Source of the DNA: Lama glama
Taxonomy: Eukaryota
NCBI GenBank assembly: GCA_028534125.1
Contig: CM052816.1
Span: forward strand, 66,342,001 to 66,406,000
DNA length: 64,000 bases
Reading direction: 5' to 3'
A program made the position numbers and the translations under genes. The notes under the pieces are model-generated. The model did not search any database. It had not been told where the DNA came from and saw only the letters and a program-made list of their open reading frames with translations. Shown here in pieces: positions 56,845 to 64,000 of this stretch. The stretch's first letter is position 1, and each line of letters opens with the position of its first letter.

Positions 56845-57077
56845 GGTGGGGTGCTCCAAAGTGTGTGGTGTACAGACCAGCATCACCCGGGAGCTTGTAA
56901 GAAATGCAATTTTTTTGTGCCCTCCTGGGATCTCTGGCATCAGAATCTCTGGGTGTAGGGCAAAGGAATCTTTTTTTTTATTCAGCTTTATTAAGGTATA
57001 ATTGGTCCAGGAAACTGGTGCTTTTAACAAACTCTCCATATAAATTCTTACTCATGCTTAAGCTTGAGAAACACTGT
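56845..57077. mobile_element. MER5A-like hAT MITE with a tiny L1-tail-like insert
   Basis: The body reads ccagcatcacccgggagcttgtaagaaatgca...atcagaatctctggg...ttttaacaaactctcc...ttgagaaacactg. It is interrupted by ttttttttattcagctttattaaggtataattg. Confidence 0.75.
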
Positions 57078-58381
57078 CCTTGTCCTCCTGGCAGGTTTCA
57101 GCACCTCATAACCTAAACCCTCAGCAGCGGTAAAGCTGCTGACACTTCAGGCTACCCTCTCAGAGTCCTAGCGTATTCGCCTTCTCTGTCAGCTACCATT
57201 TACAAGCAGAAAATGCCCTGAATATTTTTGGTTTAATTATAGTCAGATAGAGCATAGCTGGCTTGAGGAAACATGAACATTCCAAACATAATAAAATGTG
57301 GTCCAATTATACTAGGCTGTGCTGATTTCCCGAGGGACAATGAATGTCGCCCTGTGCAATCTCCGAGCAAACATAGCTGCCTACTTCGTGGTTCACTCTC
57401 TCACACATGTGTGTTGGAACCTGCCAGAAGCACTGAATTAAAATAGAGTACAGCCCATCATCTATTCATAAAATTCTAATGCTGCAAACCCAGATGAGTC
57501 TGCAAAGCAGGCAACAAAAAGGGTATTGTGTGTCCCTCAGGAATTTAGTGAGGGGTGTTGGCCTCCACAGTCCTCAGTGGACGTACAGATTTCTCATCAA
57601 CTCCACTTAAGAGTTCCTAGAAGTTAGCGTTCTGTGACTTCATGGGGTTGAAGAGGAAATAAGCCCACCAAAGGTCCCTATTCCTAAACCTGTGAAATAG
57701 AATCAAATGTCCTTTGCTTATTCATTTCTCTATTCGAATAGACATTTCTGGAAAGCCCGTAGCATGCAAGGCACCCTGGCAATACCAGGGAGACAGAAAA
57801 TGGGTCATTCAGAGTTTGAATAACCTTAAGGAGAAGCAGTCCCAGGATCTGAACCAAGAAGATGATTTTTCCAGAATGAGAGTCCATCGAGGAATTAATC
57901 AAATGACAACAATGAAATGAGTACCCCAAGACTAAAGAGCATTTGGATGACCAACTATTATACTGCTCCAACTTGAAATCCCTGGTACTCTTCCTTGGTG
58001 ATCATAAACTGCCTATTGCTTCCTGGTAGAGCCTTAGCCTTGGTGTATTCTAACAAAGATAGGCCCATAGCAGCTAGTTCCTCAAGAAGACCAGTAATTT
58101 TTAAAAGGAGTAACTAGAAAAGCTATTGCAACTGAAAAGTGTTGCTACCAAGTTTGTACACAAAGATTTTTTCCTTGGGTCCTATTCCCATATCTTCTGC
58201 CAAACAGTAATGCCCATCAGGGCCTGTTTCTCTCTTCTTTCACTCACGATGTGGTGTTCACACCCATATCAGCAATATCCATTACCAGCCTGGTAGGACT
58301 AAATAATATACCACGATTTTGTGTCAAATTTTACCCACAAATGCTCTCAGAGAGGTATGTATACTTTCCCAGCCTGCTTTT

Positions 58382-59080
58382 GTTCACTCACTCATTCATG
58401 AATTTAGTAACTATTTATTTAATAAATATTAGTTCTAGGTCCAGGGGATTTAGTAGTGAGTAGGGAAGATGTGGCCCCTCCCTTAGAACTTAACTACTAT
58501 GCATTATGGTAAATAAATAAATCAAGGTGACACCATAATGGTCAATTTTATGTTATGTATATTTTATCATCAGAAAGAGGTGAAAAATGACCCTGGAGTG
58601 TCAGGTAAGAACAAATAACCAAAACGGAAATTAGGCAGCATCAGAGAACAGAGAATGAGGTGGAGAAGGGATGTGTCTTATTGTAGAGACAGCAGTCAGA
58701 AAAGTCCTCTTTCAGGAGGTGATATTTTACCAAATGACATTAAGTGAGCAAGTGAGATTACGGGCATGATGTATGAGCAAGTGTATTAAGGGAAGAAGTA
58801 AGCCATGCTTAAATCTGGGAGAAGAGTATTCAGGGCTGATGTGCAAAGATCCTGAGGTGGAAGGGCCTTAGAGTATTTGAGACATGGAAAGAAGTCAAGT
58901 GTGGTCAGGTGCAAAGTCAGCTAGAGGAATAAGGGTAAGAAATGAGTTGGGAGGGAGTGCCAGAGGCCAGATCCTGCAAATCCCATTGGGTAATTCTGAG
59001 GCATTTCTGGATTTTGAATGTGATGGTAAGGTAATGAATGGTTTTGGAGAAGAGTAATATGATTTGATGTACTTTTTGAA
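58382..59080 (-). mobile_element. L2 3' portion
   Basis: It starts ttcactcactcattcat, then gtgcaaagatcctgaggtgg and ggattttgaatgtgatgg...ggttttggagaagagtaatatgatttgat. Confidence 0.65.
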
Positions 59081-59206
59081 AATCAAACTTTTAATTTTGA
59101 GTAATTGTAGATTCACATGCAGCTATAAGAAATAATATAAAAACACCTTTATCCAGTGTCTTGGTAACATCTTACAAAAACTTGCTGAAAATGTGATGAA
59201 CAACAT

Positions 59207-59654
59207 CATGCTGAATATGCAATCTGCGCAAAGAACTGAGCAATTAATTTCTTGACAATGAGTGCTAAAGTGATGCTGTGGCAGCCAGAGTCCAATGGTA
59301 GTACCAATGGGCAAGGTACCCAAGTCCCTGGCAGGTGTAGTTAAGTCTACAGATACTATACTGAGGAGTATGAACCTTGAAAAGATTTCTTCCCTGATGG
59401 GCAAATTTGAACAGCAATTTGAAATGCTGGATGTTCAAACACAACACATAGAAGATACAATGAGTAGTACTACAACCCTCACAACTCCGCAAAACCAAGT
59501 GAACATGCTGCTTCAAGAAATGGCAGGTGAAGCTGGCCTTGATCTCAATATGGAACTACCACAAGGTCAGACAGGTTCTTTTGGCGCAAGTGTTATTTCC
59601 ATGGAACAGGATGAACTATCACAGAGATTTGCTCATCTGCATGATCAAATGTCA
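59207..59654 (+). pseudogene. CHMP1B: CHMP1B-like (ESCRT-III) processed retrocopy, 5'-truncated, covering about residues 51-199
   Basis: ORF 59295-59732 contains MGKVPKSLAGVVKS...MNLEKISSLMGKFEQQFEMLDVQTQHIEDTMSSTTTLTTPQNQVNMLLQEMAGEAGLDLNMELPQGQTGS...EQDELSQRFAHLHDQM. My hand alignment to human CHMP1B residues 81-199, recalled from memory, gives ~78% identity. Upstream, 59207-59294 reads [28 protein letters not shown] (CHMP1B [30 protein letters not shown]), with one stop and two 1-nt deletions. The copy is intronless and embedded in an L1. Confidence 0.93.
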
Positions 59655-59955
59655 TTTACAGAACTGGCACAAAACATCACAAGTCACAGAACATTTCCAC
59701 CACTTCAAGGATGCCCCCTGTTGCCCTTTTAAAGTCATGTCCAGCTCCCAACCCCCTCCTCTGTCCCTGACCACTAGCAACCACTAATCTGTTCTCCATT
59801 TCTATAATCTTGTCATTGTATGAGTGTTATATGAGTGGAATCATACAGGATATGACCTTTTGGGATAGACTTTTCACTCAGCATAAGTCCCTGGAGATTC
59901 ACCCAGGTTGGTATGTGTATCAATAGTTCACTCCTCCTTACTGCAGAGCAGTACC

Positions 59956-60576
59956 TGTGGGAGCCCATGATTGGGTTAACAAATTGTAACAGACCCCAGC
60001 CACTTATCTCTTTAAAGAAGAGCAAATGTGCTTAGTAACCACCTTGCTTGCATAGCTGAGGTTTTAGCAACGACCCAGGCCCTCGCTGGGTATGCCTGCT
60101 GTTAGATAGTCTTCTATCCCCAAAACAGCCTTGGGCTGGAATGGTAAACAAGTTATAAAAAGCTGCAGACTCAGAGGTGAGAAGGCTGGTTAGCCAATGA
60201 CTGGTAAGATCCCCTGAGGGGGGGCAACCTAAGACAGGCACAGCCGTCTGAGTCCAAGAAAAATGTTGTTAAGCAGCTGATTCTCATACGTTCTGCCCTG
60301 ATAAGCCTTTTGAAAGGCTCAACACGAATATGATTTACCAAAAAGGGTCTTCTGACCTTGAGCCAAACACCAACAATAAACAAAGTCTTTGTACTCAATG
60401 TGATCCCACTGTGTCCCTTCCCTAAATTTCTGCATGCCTTTGACCATACACAATAAATATGGGAGCATTTGAGAGGCTCGTGGAGTTGGCTCCCAACTCC
60501 CTCTCGCTCTCTTGACCTTTTTCACAGAGAGTAATTCATTCCGTCTTGGTGGGACTTCTGCCGGCCAGAACCCATA
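59956..60576 (+). mobile_element. 621-bp solo LTR, ERV2/betaretrovirus-like
   Basis: The termini are TGTGGG...CCCATA (CCCACA with one change), and a perfect 6-bp TSD, AGTACC, lies at 59950-59955 and 60577-60582. The host L1 rejoins when the element is removed. There is a TATAAAA at 60154 and AATAAA at 60375 and 60452. Orientation is inferred from these motifs. Confidence 0.85.
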
Positions 60577-61764
60577 AGTACCCCTTGGTAAGGGTGAATG
60601 ACACTTTGTTTAGCCATTACCCACTGGAGGACATCTGGGTTGTTTCCAGTTTTATGAACATTCATGCACAGTTTTGTGTGTGAACATACATTTTTGTTCC
60701 TTGGGTATAAATGCTCAGAAATGCTGTTGCTGGGTCTTATGTTTAGTTTTATAAGAAACTATTAAGCTGTTTTCCAGAGGGCTGTACCGTTTTATATCCC
60801 ACCATCACAGTAGGACAGGTTCCACTGCTCAGCAACCTTGTCAGCACTTGGCACTGTCAGTTTCTTGCTGGTTTTTTTTTAATTTTCGTTTTTTACTTTA
60901 GCATTCTAATAAGTATATATTGGTATCCCATTGTGGTTTTAGTGTGAACTGCCCTAATGACTAATGATGTGAAACATATTTTATTATTCTTATTGGCCAT
61001 CTGAACATCTTCTTTGATGAAATATCTGTTCAGATCCTTTTTTTGCCCAAGTAACATTTACCTTCAGGTAACAGTCACTTCTGGGTTCATCTTCCCCTTT
61101 CTATTTCACCCAAGTAAACTGAGTTACATTTTAACATTTCAAACTTAAAGTTCTTATGGGAAAGATGACTAATTTCTCTGAAAAATTAATTTTCTAATGA
61201 ACAAGAATGAGATTTTATTCAAATCTCTTAGTAAAATATATTTACAAGGCATAAGATCTGTGCTAAGGGTGGGTCTACTAATACTGTCCCTTTGATCTAA
61301 ACTAATATTAATTTTATATCCCACGTTTCCTATTGAGGTCAAGCTAGGCATTAGTCAACAGTGTCTTATTTTGCATAACAGTGTCTACAGATATAAGTAC
61401 AAATTAAAGCAATCATTTGAGTATTTTAATTCTCCTAAATGTGCTGTTTTTTTAATCTGAAGAAGACAAATAATTAACCAAAATGCCTAGATGCTGTACT
61501 CAGCATAGTATGCATGTTTAGACATAACTTTAATAAGAGTCTATTAATTAAACAGAATGAAACATTCAGTTGTTAACTAGAAAAATGCAGAAGTACCATT
61601 TGGATGATTCAGATGAAAGAAACATAAACAGCTCTTTCTTTAAGAGCAAGCAATTCTGTGCTTATATTCTTTGTCCTGTCTTTCTATAGACACATACAGA
61701 TTTCTTTTCTTTGTGGCAGTATTTCCTTGAGGAAAAGAGTGTGCTATATTTGTAGGATCACTGC

Positions 61765-62105
61765 CTTTAAAAAAAAAAATCAACTTTATCAGGTAAAAAT
61801 TTACATACATTAAAATACATCCATTTTTGCATAGAGTCTAATGAGTTTTGACAAACATACGCTTCTTTAATGACGGTCACAATCAAGAAATAGAGCATCT
61901 CCAACAACCCAAGAAAGTTCTCTCGTGCCTGCTTTAAAGTCAGTCCACTCCTGCCCCTCCCCCAGGCAACCCCGCATCTGATTTCAATCACTACAGCTTA
62001 GTTTTCATCTGTTCTAGGATTTCATTCAAATGAATCTATGCAGTATGTTCCCTTTTGTATCTGGCTTTGTTTGCTCTGCATAATGTTTTTGAGATTCATC
62101 CAGTT
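61765..62105 (-). mobile_element. Old L1 (L1MB/ME-like) 3' end
   Basis: Diagnostic sequence: caactttatcaggtaaaaatttacatacattaaaat...atgagttttgacaaa...ccccaggcaacc...ataatgtttttgagattcatcc. Confidence 0.75.
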
Positions 62106-63164
62106 ATTGGATTTGATTCCCAGCTCTTTTTATGAGCTGTATGGCAATTGGACCAATTACTTAACTTCTGTTTTCTCAGCTGAGAAATAGTCTTGTTTAT
62201 ACCTTTCTGATGGAGTAGTTGTGAGAATTAATATCAAGGTGCCTGGCTTGGTGCTCAATAATTATATCAGTATGGATATAAATATAATTTATATCACTGT
62301 TTATTTTCCCTCCTACTAAAGGAAGAAGAGAATAATTCTGAAGCTGCCACAAGCAGCTCATGTTGAAGTTCAACATGTCCTATGAGAGAAACCAGCACAA
62401 AGAGAACTCTGCGATCATAACTTTGATTATTAGACAAAGACACTCCCCTAAATTTCTGCCTCCTTCTTCCGTGTCTCTTTTGGCCTTAAGCAAATTGGCA
62501 GCAAACAGCTCTGTCTTCTCTGTCCTGGGCTGCATTCTGCTCCTTCCAGAGTCAAATGACTTCCAAGAAAAGAGCACAATGTACTTTTCCCTCTCCACCC
62601 AGAAAAAGATAGAATGAGGGAGATGAACAAATGGCCTCCAGGGATCTTCTCATAAAGGGCCAATGTAAAAGACTAAGCACAAAAGGCTGTCCCTTCTCCT
62701 AACAAAGATCTCATCATCCCTGGTTCCATCAAGTGGGGAACTGGGATGGGGAGAGGAAGAGCAGCAGGAGAGCTCAGTATTTCCTCCCTGATCGCCCACT
62801 TCCAAATCTCTTCCTGCTCACCCTAGAAAATCACTGATACTCTAGTTTCTTTTTGCTTTCACCACTCTTCATCCCGTTTTGTTCCCTTACTCTTTTGCAC
62901 ATCTCTTCCTCTGTGGTGCATCCATGATATTATAATATGAACATTCATTCAGAGGAAGCTGGGGTGACAGGAGGTATGATAGTTCTGGCAATTAACAACT
63001 GTCAAGAATAGGGTTAATGGATTTAACTAGCATTCCTTAACCTCCTAAAAAACCTCCCTTTTGGCACTGCCCTTGGCTGCTCAAGCATTGCCACCCGCTG
63101 GGTATAGTCAGGTCACCAACCAAAAGACAACTCTTATGCATTTGATCAAAGTTACATCTGTCTC

Positions 63165-63277
63165 TACATATTGCTATATATAAAACAGATAAACAACAAG
63201 GACCTACCATATAGCATAGGGATCTATATTCAATAACCTATAATGGAAAAGAACCTAAAAAAAAGTATATTTTATAT

Positions 63278-63310
<33 letters not shown>

Positions 63311-63434
63311 TATATATATATATTAAAAAAACTGTATACCTGAAACTAACACAACATTATAAATCAACTCTACTTCATTAAAAAAAATTATACTGAATAT
63401 ATTCAAATAAAACTTCATCCATCAGTTTAAAGAA
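63165..63434 (+). mobile_element. Short L1 3' end with (TA)(CA)(TA) microsatellite and extra 3' segment
   Basis: The L1 UTR tatataaaacagataaacaacaaggacctac...tacttcattaaaaaaaa has a 17-bp TSD with 2 mismatches: AAAGTTACATCTGTCTC (63148-63164) and AAAGTTAGACCTGTCTC (63435-63451). Confidence 0.88.
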
Positions 63435-64000
63435 AAAGTTAGACCTGTCTCATCCAGGGCTTCTCCAATAAGTCAGCTGCAGCCCCATTTACTCAGATGG
63501 GTCTTTAACACTTGAATTATTAGAGTGTCTTAGTCAGGTGTACTATGATAAGTAACAAAAAGAGTGTACAAAATTGTTTTTAAGCAGACAGTGTTTGGTC
63601 CCAAGAAATTAATAATTCCTGGGAGTTGATACAAACTGTTTTGCTGTGGATGGAAAGTGCATGTCTAATTAACATGGATGTGTGTATCAGAAATAACATG
63701 GCAGGAAAAAGAACAGTAAGATGGACACAGAATTCCAAATGATATTTGGATGCATTTGTTTACAACTGTTGAACTTGCTGATTTCTCTGGATATAATGAT
63801 ATTTGCTACAGGTAGCAAAATTCTAATGAAAACCCCTTGAGACATGATTTTCTTTTAAGGTATGCTTTAGCTTCTGTTCTTTCACATGCTAACAAATATC
63901 CTATCGTTCATTTCATAAGAAAAATGAAATACTCACAATCAAGACTTTAATGGGACCTTGAAATAAGAGATGAATTTTAGGGGGCATGAACATTTATCCT

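Larger units (their letters stand above)
59085..61035 (-). mobile_element. Old L1 3' region (L1MC/MD-like) hosting the CHMP1B retrocopy and a solo LTR
   Basis: It starts ttttaattttgagtaattgtagattcacatgcag...ggtaacatcttacaaaa. It resumes after the retrocopy as acagaacatttcc...caaccactaatctgttctccatttctataat and after the LTR as ggacatctgggttgtttccagttt...aatatctgttcagatc. Confidence 0.85.

Noticed and set aside
59207..59732. Intact functional CHMP1B gene
   Set aside because: The first ~50 codons are absent, the remaining 5' part has a stop and two frameshifts, the native stop is lost and the MIM is altered.

Overview
This is AT-rich, repeat-dense mammalian DNA, most likely camelid judging by a Vic-1-type tRNA-derived SINE and cetartiodactyl-type L1 3' ends. 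The window appears to be almost entirely intronic. One 119-nt coding exon lies on the minus strand (13056-13174, DTAGQERY...AVQD/W) and is missed by the ORF track. It belongs to a RAB3-family gene, most plausibly RAB3C, because I found no neighbouring RAB3 exon in the ~13 kb downstream or ~51 kb upstream. The most unusual object is a 5'-truncated CHMP1B (ESCRT-III) retrocopy with no poly(A) tail (~59207-59654). It sits antisense to the host gene inside an old L1, and its C-terminal 119 codons stay open and read through a lost stop codon into L1 sequence. A solo LTR with a 6-bp TSD lies ~300 bp downstream in the same L1. The remainder is L1, L2, MIR, MaLR/ERV solo LTRs and DNA-transposon relics. 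Several of these show clear mechanistic signatures: TSDs, a twin-priming inversion, a probable 3' transduction and nested insertions. I found no prokaryotic-type system, CRISPR array or RNA gene, and I cannot support a genuinely new biological system. Repeat family names come from recalled consensus sequences, not from a database search.
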